40,087 nucleotides of DNA from Octopus bimaculoides (lineage: Eukaryota): NCBI RefSeq assembly GCF_001194135.2, contig NC_068993.1, positions 24,987,323 through 25,027,409 of the forward strand, read 5' to 3'. Made by a program: the position numbers and the translations under genes. The notes under the pieces are model-generated. The model was given only the letters and a program-made list of their open reading frames with translations, was not told the DNA's origin and did not search any database. Within the stretch, counting starts at the first letter, position 1. Each line of letters starts with the position of its first letter. Shown one piece after another: positions 23,716 to 34,888 of the stretch.

Positions 23716-23926
23716 GCTGTGAGCTGGTAGAATCATTAGCATGCTGAATGAAATGCTTAGTGGTAATTCGCTCATCAATACATTCTAAGTTCAAATTCCA
23801 CTGAGGTCAACTTTGCCTTTCATCCTTTTGGAATTGATAAATTAAGTACCAGTGAAACACTGGGATCAATGTAATTGACTAGTCCCTTTCTGCCAAATTT
23901 CAGGCTTTATACCTTTAGTAGAAAGG

Positions 23927-23972
<46 letters not shown>
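23716..23972 (+). mobile_element. tRNA-derived SINE with (TAT)n tail
   Basis: GAGCTGGTAGAATCATTAGC...GTTCAAATTCC...AGAAAGGATTATTATT. Confidence 0.8.
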
Positions 23973-23974
<2 letters not shown>

Positions 23975-24008
23975 TTTAAAGGGTTGATGTAACTCTTCAC
24001 AAAGGTAA

Positions 24009-24132
24009 ATAGACAATATGAAGAGTGTGATGCGACTGGTTCAATGATATTTCAACAGCTAGCTGTTGAAATATTGTTCAACAAATAAAATATCTCTTGC
24101 AATCACTTCACGCTCTTCATATTGTCGTCTAT
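24009..24132. repeat. Small hairpin element (MITE-like) with perfect 28-bp central palindrome
   Basis: ATATTTCAACAGCT|AGCTGTTGAAATAT at 24047-24074; outer arms ATAGACAATATGAAGAGTGTGA and TCACGCTCTTCATATTGTCGTCTAT. Confidence 0.8.
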
Positions 24133-24169
24133 TATCATTATTATTATTATTATTATCATCATTATTAAA

Positions 24170-24312
24170 AAGGTAGAGAGTTGGCAGAATTGTTAGAATG
24201 CCGTAAAATTCTTAACAACATTTCGTCTGAAACACTGATGGTCAATGTAATGACTAGTCCCTTCCCTGTAAATTTCAGGCCTTGTGTTTTAGTAGAAAAG
24301 GATTATTATTAT
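24170..24312 (+). mobile_element. Internally deleted tRNA-derived SINE
   Basis: Head and tail of the 23716 family joined with about 80 bp missing. Confidence 0.65.
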
Positions 24313-24552
24313 TATTATCTTCTTTCAATTTTGTTTCCATTTCTTGCCGAGTATCTTTCCAACACCTAAAGCAAAGAAACTCATTGTATACATTGGTAGG
24401 CCATTAAAATAAACACACCAGATTGTTCATTTACAAAGTCATGAGATAGAAAAAAAAGGGAAGAAAGATAGAGAGAAAAAGAAGTAAAAAAAAAAGGAAA
24501 AATGAAAATAAAAAAACATAGAAAATAAAGAGGGGAAAAAGAAAGAAAAATC

Positions 24553-25270
24553 ACAGCAACAGTGCTCTTCTCAATACGTGTGATGTGTCAGTTAAGACAA
24601 TCTTTTGCACTTCCTGCATGGATGATGAGCCATCTTCAAATAATTTCAGTTCCTTTATTTGATCATACCAAGTGCTCCTAAAATCACTGGTATTGTAACC
24701 GCCTTGAGATGCCACATTATTTCAGTTTCAATCAGCAAATCTTCATATTTTCTGAGCTTATCACATTCTTTTGCTTAGATATTACGATCACAAGGTATGC
24801 TCATATCAATCAATAAACAGATTTTATTGTGTTAGCCTTTCACAACAATATCTGGTTTATTAGCTTTGGTGGTCTAGTCTGTATGTACTGGAAAGTCCCA
24901 AAGAATCACTACATTTTCTCCTTCAGTTACAGCCTCAGGGTGGTGCATGTACCATTTGTCAGCACTTTTCATTTTATAATACTGATATATTAACTAGTGT
25001 AGATATTGACCAACTCTGTCATGTCTTGATTTATAGTCTACTGGTGCTAAAACCTTACACCCAGAAATTAAGTGGTCCACTGTTTCAAATTCATCATTGC
25101 AGTATTGGCACTTTGGATCTACTCCATTTTACATCACACTGGCTTGGTAGTTCTGGGTTAAGATACTCTGATAAAGCCTTCATTCTCTGCCTTTAGCCCC
25201 AAGCTCTGTAGCTAGGGATAGGTGTGCTTCTGGTCTACATGACCTTATTTGTTATAACCTACATATTTGC
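24553..25270 (-). mobile_element. R4/Dong-like LINE 3' fragment
   Basis: LKAENEGFI...NGVDPKCQYCNDEFETVDHLISGCKVLAPVDYKSRHDRVGQYLH; ends ...SHVLRRAL. Confidence 0.85.
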
Positions 25271-25326
25271 CATTGCTACGGGCCACAAAAGAAAAGAAAA
25301 TTCAACAGTGTAAATACCAGTGTGTG

Positions 25327-25359
<33 letters not shown>

Positions 25360-25455
25360 TGTCAGTGTATCATATATCCCCCACCCCCAAAATAAAACCC
25401 TGTAAAACATAAAGCAGTAATGTATCTATATGCAGTTAAGTATATGGCCGGTCAT

Positions 25456-25518
25456 AGAGTGACCAATGGTTTTCCCATTCACAAAGGCCTTATCCCTATG
25501 AATGTCTTGTCAGACTCT
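25456..25518 (-). ncRNA. Type I hammerhead motif (GUC site), G8 mutated
   Basis: AGAGT-CTGACAA-GA-CATTCA...TGAATG-G-GAAA-ACCATTGGT-C-ACTCT: perfect 5-bp stem I, long stem II, near-palindromic stem III. Confidence 0.7.
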
Positions 25519-26174
25519 AAAGCTGAAGACAAATGTAACTCTTCACCTCTTGGAGGCAGGAATTCGTTACAATCTTTTGATTAGGTAGTCACCAAAGGAA
25601 AAATAGTCTAGGGTCAGTAAGAATTGTTTATATCCCTTAGACCAATTTTTGTGGGCCAAAAGAAGGGGAACAAGGGATTAATCCCTTAAGGATCCATTTG
25701 GAGAATGGGGGATCCTATGCTTGCAGCAGGTAGCTTTTGAAATGGATACAAGAGCTGTAAATTTCCTGGCAAGTGTTCAGTGGTCCAGGTTTCAGGAAGT
25801 CTTTGAGTATTCTTGCTTGCTCAGCTATACAAAGCTTGCAGTGTTTGCTTCCATTAATGTAGGATCCCAGCCGCTCTAAGATCCTCCACTTGATATTGTG
25901 TGGCATCACTTCAAGGCCAAAGGACCTGATTAGCACCCTAGACTACATGGGATTCCAAATTACTATTGAGATGAACATCAGATCCTTTGGCCTCCAAGCA
26001 AATGCTTCTACAACTACAGGTCCTCTTTCAGAATTCTGGAAAGATAATTCTCACATCCTTGGCCATCCACGTGTGGTGCCTCAAAAGTGAAGGGACCCCA
26101 TATGCATGGGGCTGCAAACCCTACTCTTTTTGTTCAAGGGTGTGAATAGTTTTCAGAACATTTATAAAGAGAAG

Positions 26175-26222
26175 GTCTTACAGCTGTTTCCAGGATATTT
26201 TATATATCCCTTCATCAGAGAC
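26175..26222 (-). ncRNA. Near-intact minimal type I hammerhead (GUA site)
   Basis: GTCT-CTGATGA-A-GGGATAT-ATAAA-ATATCCT-G-GAAAC-AGCT-GTA-AGAC: intact core, stem I GTCT/AGAC, palindromic stem III ACAGCTGT. Confidence 0.85.
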
Positions 26223-27246
26223 GATGCAAGAAAATGTTTTAGTAATAGTTATAGAGAAGATATGAAATACAGAGTGAAGTGGAGGAAAAACAGAACCCAT
26301 TGATCACTGTGGTAGTAAACATATTTGACCTCTGCTGTGGGGAGTGCCTGCTCCTTTTGTGTTTTGATCTCACAGGAATGCAAAAGTCCCATTGTTGATC
26401 TCCTTGTCACCATCTGATGAACTTGTTTACAGACTGGTGGTATTTGGCTGTGTCCACCAAGCTGCTTCTCTTCCTCCTACTATCTACCCACCAACCCTCA
26501 CATATTCACGATTATCTCAAGTACAAGGCAAAAGTCAAAACTAAACAACATTTAATAATACTATGCAGTAGTAGGAACAAAGCTGACAAACTTAATCAAA
26601 TTTTGTAGCAGCTCATAACAATGATGATAACAGCTACACTGTTACAATGCTACAAAGATTAGCTGCAGTGATACAAGTCATGATGGTAATGGTGCAGTCG
26701 AAGTAATTGTAATGGTAATAATGGCAGAGATAATAACCAGCTCTACTTCTGACACACGGGGCTCAATACTAATAATTTTGATGTAGCACAAAAATGTTTT
26801 ACAAAGCAAAAAGGAAAACTACAACAGTACACCAAATCGCTTGTCCTATGGTTAATCTGGAAGCATGTCCTCCAGGAGAGAGCCAGCCTGGGGTCAAAAA
26901 GTCATCCACTGGCACAAACTCTTCAGAGAGTTTAGAAAGACAAGGTACAAATTATTCAACCTGCTGCTTTGCCATTTGTAGCTAACTCTCAACAGTGACC
27001 CTGCCTTCTCTTTTATCTTTTTGTTGTTTCACACATTGGACTACAGTAATCTGGGGCACTGCCATGAAAGGCTTAGTCAAACAAATCAACTCCAGTCTCT
27101 TATACCAAACTACTAAGAAATGGGGATGTAAACAAACCAACACCAGTTGTCAAGCATTGTAATTATTTTAGTCTCCAGTACTGATGAAAAATTTGCTAAA
27201 AAATTATAATGGAGTATCCTGTATGTCGGAAATCTATATGATTGTA

Positions 27247-27333
27247 TGCACCTGAGGAGAGCAGTTTATTTCAAATTGATGTAATATTTGCATTCATCAA
27301 TTAAATGGAGCTGCTTGAAACGGCTGTAATGCA
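27247..27333 (+). ncRNA. Type I hammerhead with extended stem II (family E)
   Basis: TGCAC-CTGAGGA-GAGCAG-(46 nt)-CTGCTT-GAAAC-GGCT-GTA-ATGCA; the surrounding 27250-27430 is homologous to 31790-31970. Confidence 0.7.
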
Positions 27334-27482
27334 CTGATACCTGGACATCTTTGTTACATATTTGCTTTTTATTCACCTAACTTCGAGCTGTGCAGACAAT
27401 ACCGGACTGGCTTGGTGCCTCAACTTAAGTAAAGTAACTAATTCAACTGAATCTTAATTATTTCTTATATATATATATATAT

Positions 27483-27579
27483 NNNNNNNNNNNNNNNNNN
27501 NNNNNNNNNNNNNNNNNNNNNNNNNNNNNNNNNNNNNNNNNNNNNNNNNNNNNNNNNNNNNNNNNNNNNNNNNNNNNNN
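27483..27579. other. Assembly gap (N run)
   Basis: Directly visible. Confidence 1.
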
Positions 27580-27779
27580 AGGGGTACATAAATTACATGA
27601 GTAGATCGTTTCCAGATTATTTTTATTGCAAAAAGATGTACAAAACATAAACATTCGTCATTTAATGTTAGAAAAGGTTTTTACAGAAAAAATAATGGCT
27701 TAAATATGAAGTTAACTTTTATTTATGCTGCACGGTATAATGCTTGCTTTTCTGTATAAATTTACTAAAACCATTAAAT

Positions 27780-28670
27780 GGTTAACTACTTTTTGAAGTA
27801 TGATGTTCATGCTGGTAAACACGGTCCGGACTGTATTTTACATTACTTGGAGTTTCTACCTATCGCAATGGAGCACCATTCACATACATAATGATATGGA
27901 TATTCTTGACTGAAAAACATGTAATGATATGGATAATGTTGATTGTATGTTTTTATTTCTGTCTGTTTATTACTAGACACAGTTTTAAGTTTGTCGTACT
28001 GTTCACGCCAATTTCAAACACTGGCTCTATTGCCACGTTCAAATGCATATTCAACATATTTAATTTCTCCTTCACAGTAAACGGTCCACAAGTTCTGCAC
28101 ATACTGACAATAATGGTAATGACAAATTTTTAAGTTTGCTTGACATTTTATAAGTGTGAAAGGGATTAAAATTTCAATACTCCATATCAAAGGTTCCGAC
28201 AAAAATAGACAGAAAAGAAATTCTACTTATATAATCATTTTGATCGGTCACCTTCCTCTGTCAGTTGAGTAAAGTGTCATCCAAGCTGATGTTTATTGGT
28301 AATTAAACTTAATTTGCAACACTTGTGTGTATTCATCAGCTTTGTTTTTGTTGGTAATTCTTATCAACTTTTCCTGTGATCATGATTTGAGAAGATATAC
28401 AGCAGTATGCTAAAGATTGAACATAATCTCTTGTGGGCAAGGAATGTAAAATAAAGTTTATTATAAGCAACACAAATACTTTGTAATGTAATAGCTTTCA
28501 ATGTGATACCTGTTAAACAGAAAATATTTTTTATTTAATGAAAATTTAATAAAATCTAATTATAAGTAAGTGAAATTATGCTAAATACAATTAAACTGAA
28601 AACCTTTTTCCCCTGGCTATATTGGCAATTCTGAAAACTTATAGGTGCGAATTTTACATGATTAGAAGCT
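27780..28670 (-). mobile_element. pogo/Tigger-like DNA transposon remnant
   Basis: Minus strand IKYVEYAFERGNRASV*NWREQYDKL resembles the Brinker-type DNA-binding domain of pogo transposases; TTATAGGTGCG subterminal-like motif near 28640. Boundaries uncertain. Confidence 0.45.
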
Positions 28671-29074
28671 TTTGTTAACAAATTTTATCCTGAAAATCAC
28701 CTGTGTAAATCACACAGGCATGCTATGTAGATGGGTTTTTATGGTATACATAAAGCAAGAGAGAGAAAGAAATACATATATTCACATATACACACATAGA
28801 GTACAGGTACAGTTGCATCTAATGACATAATGCAAAAGGTATATTCAATAAGTACTTGGGTTGGTTTACCACTAAAACTCCAACTTGAACTATGACTGAA
28901 ACAAAAGTGGTGTTGTAGCTGCCTAGCAATGAATGGCAGTAAGTGGTTCATCAGTGAGTGAATATATACTAGAAAGAAAGAACAGGCCAAATATGTGATT
29001 CACTACAGCATGTAGTTTATAATTAAAACATAATTGCAGAGTTGTTAGAGCAAATAAGAAATTAAGAAGTTGTA

Positions 29075-29140
29075 CATAAAGTCTCTTACAGCTGTTTCTA
29101 CAATAGCTGTGCATATTGATGCATATCTCATTGAGCAAAG
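29075..29140 (-). ncRNA. Degenerate hammerhead remnant in a PLE-like repeat
   Basis: GAAAC-AGCT-GTA-AGAG 3' half is intact, but the 5' core has eroded to TCAATGA. Confidence 0.35.
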
Positions 29141-29934
29141 ATTTCCATACAGAAGCCAAGTATTCCATCTTTAGATAGGAAGAATAAAGAACTATCTTTA
29201 ATAAAGGCAGTTAGTTATTACTTCTATCATCAAAGTGGGAATGAGGTAGGTTATAAGTGGAAGTTCAGTGAGGAAAACAGGACAGTATAAAAAGAAAGAT
29301 AGTGTCATGAATGTATTGGAGTAAATAGAGACTAATTGGTAGAGTGAAGACATATGTAACTTAAGAGTTAGAAGGATACACACACGCACACACACACTCA
29401 CACACACACACATACATACATACACAAACACACACTCACATACACATAAGAATAGGGGATATAGGAGATACTGAAATAAGTAGGGAAGAGGAGGTTCAGT
29501 GATAAGTTATGAAAAAGATATGTATAATGGCAAGAACTCAATTGTAGTGGCCACATCCAGTGTGGATTAGAAATATCAAAGAGCCCAAAGTAGGTGGAGT
29601 AGTGTTTGAGGGTTGTAAACAAAATAGAAAAAGTTTTCAGACCAAAGCAGTTTGTATAGTGATTCCAGCAAGGTATATGGTAGGGAGGGAGTTATACTAA
29701 GCATTTAGAATTGAGGCTATAAGGAAGAGGAGTGAAGAGACCAGGGCTTAACTTCAATAGGTTTTACAATGATGTCAGTTATAAAAATGGTACTGAATAT
29801 GTAGGTTCATTGGGAGTGAATATCACTAGATTTTGAATAAAGTGAAGTCTGGTGGATTAAGATAAAATAAAATAAAGCAGATAAACAGATTAAGTAAATA
29901 AATTAGATAATGTAAATATATTTAAATAGTTCTT

Positions 29935-30160
29935 TTATCTTGTACTTGTTTCAGTCATTAGACTATGGTCATGCTGGGCATGATCATGAAGAAGTTTTAG
30001 TCGAATGTATTGACCCCAATACTTATTTTTTAAAGCTTGCAACTCATTCTCTTGGTCTTTTTTGCCAAACTGCTAAGTATGGAGACTTAAACACACCAGT
30101 ACTGGTTATCAAGTGATGCTGGTAATGGTGAGGGGGGCAGGGACAAACACAGACACAAAG
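29935..30160 (-). mobile_element. SINE body/tail fragment
   Basis: Opposite-orientation relative of 32520-32775; related fragment at about 26995-27160. Confidence 0.6.
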
Positions 30161-30311
30161 ACACACACATACACATTTTTTACTGGGGTAGGCCAGTTTA
30201 TGGGGTTACCCTGGGTTTCTCATCCATAAAGGGTTTAATTTTATGGCGTATTGTCAGACCTCAAGACCTGTTGACCTAAGACCTGTTTAAAGTATGGAGG
30301 GGAAAGGCCTC

Positions 30312-30346
<35 letters not shown>

Positions 30347-30351
<5 letters not shown>

Positions 30352-30657
30352 AGAATTCACAAAAAAACAAAAGATGAAGACAGGTGGTGTAGACAACAAA
30401 CAGATGTGTTAGTTTAATGCTTGGGAAGTGAAAAAGTCTTTAACATTTTGAGCCTACGCTCTTCCACAGAAAGGAACACAGAAAGAAACAGGGAGAGAAA
30501 ATAAAGAATGTATTGTGGCAAGTGATCTATCATGGCGAATGCTGAACAGGGCGGTCACACAGAAGAGCAAGGAAGAAGGGGAGATAATAAAGTAGTGGTG
30601 ATCCCAAAACGAAGGTGCACATGCATGTGTATAAGAGAGCATGTATGTGCATGTGGA
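30347..30657 (-). repeat. PLE-derived repeat family A, second copy (hammerhead-like motif at 30438-30473)
   Basis: Aligns to 579-773; retains CTGTGGA-A-GAGC-GTAG-GCTC but GAAACG has decayed to AAAATG. Confidence 0.75.
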
Positions 30658-30799
30658 NNNNNNNNNNNNNNNNNNNNNNNNNNNNNNNNNNNNNNNNNNN
30701 NNNNNNNNNNNNNNNNNNNNNNNNNNNNNNNNNNNNNNNNNNNNNNNNNNNNNNNNNNNNNNNNNNNNNNNNNNNNNNNNNNNNNNNNNNNNNNNNNNN
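30658..30799. other. Assembly gap (N run)
   Basis: Directly visible. Confidence 1.
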
Positions 30800-30851
30800 A
30801 TATATATATATATATATAATCAAAATAAGCAGCAAGGATATCCAGAGGTAA

Positions 30852-30938
30852 TGCAGTACAATCGTTTCATGCAACTCCATTTAATTGAACAATGCAATCA
30901 TTACATCAATTTGAAATGCAGAGCAATCCTCAGCTACA
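30852..30938 (-). ncRNA. Hammerhead family E in the left arm of the foldback
   Basis: TGTAG-CTGAGGA-(long stem II)-GAAAC-GATT-GTA-CTGCA; core nucleotides intact. Confidence 0.72.
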
Positions 30939-31783
30939 CAAAGACATAGAATTTAATTAAATTAGAACAGATGGACACATTAATATAATTATACCTAAAA
31001 TCTCCCAAGAAGTTATAGAGATAGTCAAAGAACATGTTGCCTCTACTACAGTATATAAGTTACTAAATTATCAAGAAGACTCTGCCTGTCATTGATTTTA
31101 TTTTTGTTTTTATGGCGTCAGTATTAATTTATAGACTAGTTTATCAAATCCTTGTATATCTAAGGCTGAGAGAATAAAGGGCAGTATCTGTTAGGGGCAG
31201 GGCTGAGGGAGCAGACAGAAATCATAGTTGGTATAGTAAAAAAAGTCAAGATTTATTAGAAGCAATATCATGAGGTTTAGTAAAGGAAAACTTAAAACAA
31301 GATGTTAGCAGATAACTAAGGAGGTCACCCACTAGCAGACCATTGATTATTGAACAGGGGAAGTCTTATCATGTAGTACTATAGTTAAATGTTTTAAACA
31401 ATGTTGCTATATTGTATACAGTTAAAGTTTATGACTATTCTGAGGGTTATTAAGAAGAATATATTAACAAAAAGATAGAAATTTATGAATACTTTTCAGT
31501 ATGGTATATACTCAAAAGTATTCATAAATTTCTATCCTTTTGTTAATATATTCTTCTTAATAGCCCTCAAATAGCCATAAACTTTAACTGTATACAATAT
31601 AGCAACATTGTTTAAAGCAAGGATTTGATAAACTAGTCTATAAATTAAAACTGACCTCATAAAAACAAATAAAATAGTGACAGGCAGAGTCTTCTTGATA
31701 ATTTAGTAACTTATATGCTGTAGTAGAGGCAACATGTTCTTTGTCTATCTCCTTAACTTCTTTAATTAAATTCTATGTCTTTG

Positions 31784-31870
31784 TGCAGTTGAGGATTGAT
31801 CTGCATTTTAAATTGATGTAATGATTGCATTGCTCAATTAAATGGAGTTGCATGAAACGATTGTACTGCA
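31784..31870 (+). ncRNA. Hammerhead family E in the right arm of the foldback
   Basis: TGCAG-TTGAGGA-(long stem II)-GAAAC-GATT-GTA-CTGCA; perfect stem I, C3 to U change. Confidence 0.7.
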
Positions 31871-32014
31871 TTACCTCTGGATATCCTTGCTGCTTATTTT
31901 GATTTTAATCACCTTACTTTGAAATTGTATGGATAATACCATACTAAATTCTGGTGCCTCAGCTTAAGAACCATAGTCATCTGAAATTATATGTATATGT
32001 ATACATACATATAC

Positions 32015-32150
32015 ATGATGGGTTTCTTTCAGTACTCATATACCAAATCCACTCACAGGCTTTGGTTGGCCCAAGGCTGTAATAGAAGACACTTACCCAA
32101 AGTTTCATGCAATAGAACTGAATCCCAAGCCATGTAGTTGGGAAGCAAGC
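32015..32150 (-). mobile_element. tRNA-head SINE fragment
   Basis: Diverged reverse complement of 39790-39935. Confidence 0.7.
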
Positions 32151-32519
32151 TAAATAGGTAATATAGGAATTATAAGCTAGGTGAAGAGTGCAAATATAAG
32201 TGGTTACTTAGGAATTAGGTGTTGTATGATTAGATAAGAAAGGAGAACAAAATAAAATATAATGTAAATATACTAAATTAATTAAATAAACTTATATCAT
32301 ATCTCAATTATGTTTCAGTGAAAGTAAGTTATGGAGAGGAACTTGTCTTATTGCATTTAGATTTGTAGTAAAATCAAAAGGTCTTAGGAGGGAATTTATG
32401 AACATGAGAAGAGAACACTTCATGTTGTTTGTTTAATAATAGTGTTACATTATGTGACAGTGTTTGTATAGATTTTTTCAAGAGTAACCTACACAGAGCA
32501 TTTTGGCTTTGGTATAGTG

Positions 32520-32775
32520 GGTCTGAATTAATAACGGACTGAAAGAAACCTGTCATATATGTGTGGGTGTGTGTCTTTCTGTCTGTTTGTTCCCTACCAC
32601 CAGTTGACAACTGGTGCTGGTGTGTTTATGTCCTCTTAACTTAGCAGTTTGGTGAAAGAGACTGGTAGAATATAAAGCAGATTTGAAAGCAGAAAATACA
32701 AGCATCAATTCATTTGACTAAAGATGCTCCAGCATGGCCACAGTCTAATAACTGAAATAAGTAAAAGATAAAATA
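32520..32775 (+). mobile_element. SINE body and tail
   Basis: CTGAAAGAAACCTGTC...GATGCTCCAGCATGGCCACAGTCTAATAACTGAAATAAGTAAAAGATAAAA; continues the 39773 family downstream of the head. Confidence 0.65.
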
Positions 32776-33138
32776 TAAAGTTTACAATTATCTCTTTTCT
32801 GTTATAAAGAATACTTGTAAAGCATAATTCACAGGGCATCTGTTCCCATTACAAGGGTCAGCAGTACATAATATTGTCCATTGTAATTTATAGCCAAATT
32901 TTTTTTTTTTCAGGCTGTGGATGTATTCTGAAAGTGATGTGGTAATGTTTTGTTTTTAAATCAGTAGAAGATCTAATATGAAATTTAATGTTGTGAGCAT
33001 TATGATTCACAACATAATGGTTGAGCATCTAAATGCACTTGGAAAATGTGAAAGATCCATAAAGGGGAAACACATGTAGGAACTTATATACACAAACTTG
33101 TGCTTATCCTTATTTTTTCTAATACATACACACACACA

Positions 33139-33174
<36 letters not shown>

Positions 33175-33176
33175 TT

Positions 33177-33715
33177 CATCATCATCGTCATCGTTTAACG
33201 TCCACTTTCCATGCTGGCATGGGTTGGATGGTTTGACTAGGACTGCCAAGCCAGAAGTCTGTACCAGACTCCAATCTGATCTGGCAAAGTTTCTACAGCT
33301 GGATGCCCTTCCTAACACCAACCACTCCAAGAGTGTAGTGGGTGCTTCTTATGTGCCACCGGTATGAGGGCCAGTCAGGCGGTACTGGCATAAACCACAC
33401 TTGAATGGTGCTTTTTACGTGCCACTCACACGGAAGCCAGTCAGGCGGCACTGACAACAATCCACGCTTGAATGGTGCTTTTTACATGCCACCAACATGG
33501 GACCAATCAGGCGACACTGGCATTAACCAAGCTCAAATGGTGCTTTTAATGTGCCAATGGCATGGGTGCCAGTCAGGAAACACTGGCATCGGCCATGACA
33601 ATAACTTCACTTGACTCAAAAGGTCTTCGCAAGCATAGTGTATTGCCTGGTATTGAAGGGTACTCTTAAATACACTGGTTATGCTGCACTGGCATAGGCC
33701 ACGGTTACAGTCTCT
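33177..33715 (-). mobile_element. SINE-like repeat, (GAT)n-tail family, with ~66-bp tandem units
   Basis: Core as at 7056; units begin at about 33370, 33436, 33502 and 33568. Confidence 0.8.
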
Positions 33716-33720
33716 ATATG

Positions 33721-33762
<42 letters not shown>

Positions 33763-33770
33763 ATATTGCC

Positions 33771-34348
33771 NNNNNNNNNNNNNNNNNNNNNNNNNNNNNN
33801 NNNNNNNNNNNNNNNNNNNNNNNNNNNNNNNNNNNNNNNNNNNNNNNNNNNNNNNNNNNNNNNNNNNNNNNNNNNNNNNNNNNNNNNNNNNNNNNNNNNN
33901 NNNNNNNNNNNNNNNNNNNNNNNNNNNNNNNNNNNNNNNNNNNNNNNNNNNNNNNNNNNNNNNNNNNNNNNNNNNNNNNNNNNNNNNNNNNNNNNNNNNN
34001 NNNNNNNNNNNNNNNNNNNNNNNNNNNNNNNNNNNNNNNNNNNNNNNNNNNNNNNNNNNNNNNNNNNNNNNNNNNNNNNNNNNNNNNNNNNNNNNNNNNN
34101 NNNNNNNNNNNNNNNNNNNNNNNNNNNNNNNNNNNNNNNNNNNNNNNNNNNNNNNNNNNNNNNNNNNNNNNNNNNNNNNNNNNNNNNNNNNNNNNNNNNN
34201 NNNNNNNNNNNNNNNNNNNNNNNNNNNNNNNNNNNNNNNNNNNNNNNNNNNNNNNNNNNNNNNNNNNNNNNNNNNNNNNNNNNNNNNNNNNNNNNNNNNN
34301 NNNNNNNNNNNNNNNNNNNNNNNNNNNNNNNNNNNNNNNNNNNNNNNN
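33771..34348. other. Assembly gap (N run)
   Basis: Directly visible. Confidence 1.
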
Positions 34349-34483
34349 TATATGTATATATATATATTGTTGTACTTGGGGATGGTCATATTGCCAGTTT
34401 AGCCAATAAAAACACACGCACTGTATATTTGGTGTTAATTTGCTTCAGCTTTATATTACATTATATTACATTAATCCTATTTT

Positions 34484-34528
34484 GGCCAGAGTTCTTTTGT
34501 CACACTTCTGTGACCTCATCAGTGGTCC
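34484..34528 (-). ncRNA. Minimal hammerhead motif (decayed) in a PLE-like repeat
   Basis: GGACCA-CTGATGA-G-GTCACA-GAAG-TGTGAC-AAAA-GAACT-C-TGGCC; perfect 6-bp stem II, G12 to A at a CpG. Confidence 0.6.
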
Positions 34529-34767
34529 TTTGCTTTCTTCTTTCTTATGTGTATCTCACCTTGCTAGCTATCAGCCATTTTGTATTTTGTATTCCTATTG
34601 TATGTGTCTATGCATGCGTATCCCTCTATGTGTGTCTATGTTTGTGTAAGTGCATGTGTGTGTATGGGGAGTGCCTGTATTATCTATATCCTCTGTTACT
34701 ACATGTTCGTTTGTTTTTGTTTTTATTCATTTATTTATTCATGTGTTTATACCTACTTCTATGATAT

Positions 34768-34887
<120 letters not shown>

Positions 34888-34888
<1 letters not shown>

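Larger units (their letters stand above)
25440..26410 (-). mobile_element. Penelope-like element remnant(s): GIY-YIG C-terminus and pLTR-like sequences
   Basis: ORF 25936-25715 NIKWRILERLGSYINGSKHCKLCIAEQARIL...LNTCQEIYSSCIHFKSYLL matches the PLE endonuclease C-terminal Cys/His motif; hammerheads on both sides. Confidence 0.8.
30818..31904. repeat. 1.1-kb foldback (inverted repeat) centred near 31505
   Basis: 30818-31154 pairs with 31618-31904; 31393-31502 pairs with 31508-31616; 31155-31392 is unpaired. Confidence 0.92.

Noticed and set aside
27595-27670. GAAACGATC on the minus strand resembling a hammerhead 3' half
   Set aside because: Stem III does not close and no CUGANGA core or stem II is found.
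28880-28965. CTGATGA on the minus strand
   Set aside because: No downstream GAAA or stem III, so not called a hammerhead. The same applies to CTGATGA at about 18105, 21973, 26415, 27181 and inside the Tc1 and RTE coding sequence.
33533-34764. Long ORFs (226-348 aa) in the ORF track
   Set aside because: They are runs of X across the N gap plus (TA)n; the same applies to ORFs at 27454-27654 and 30530-30949.
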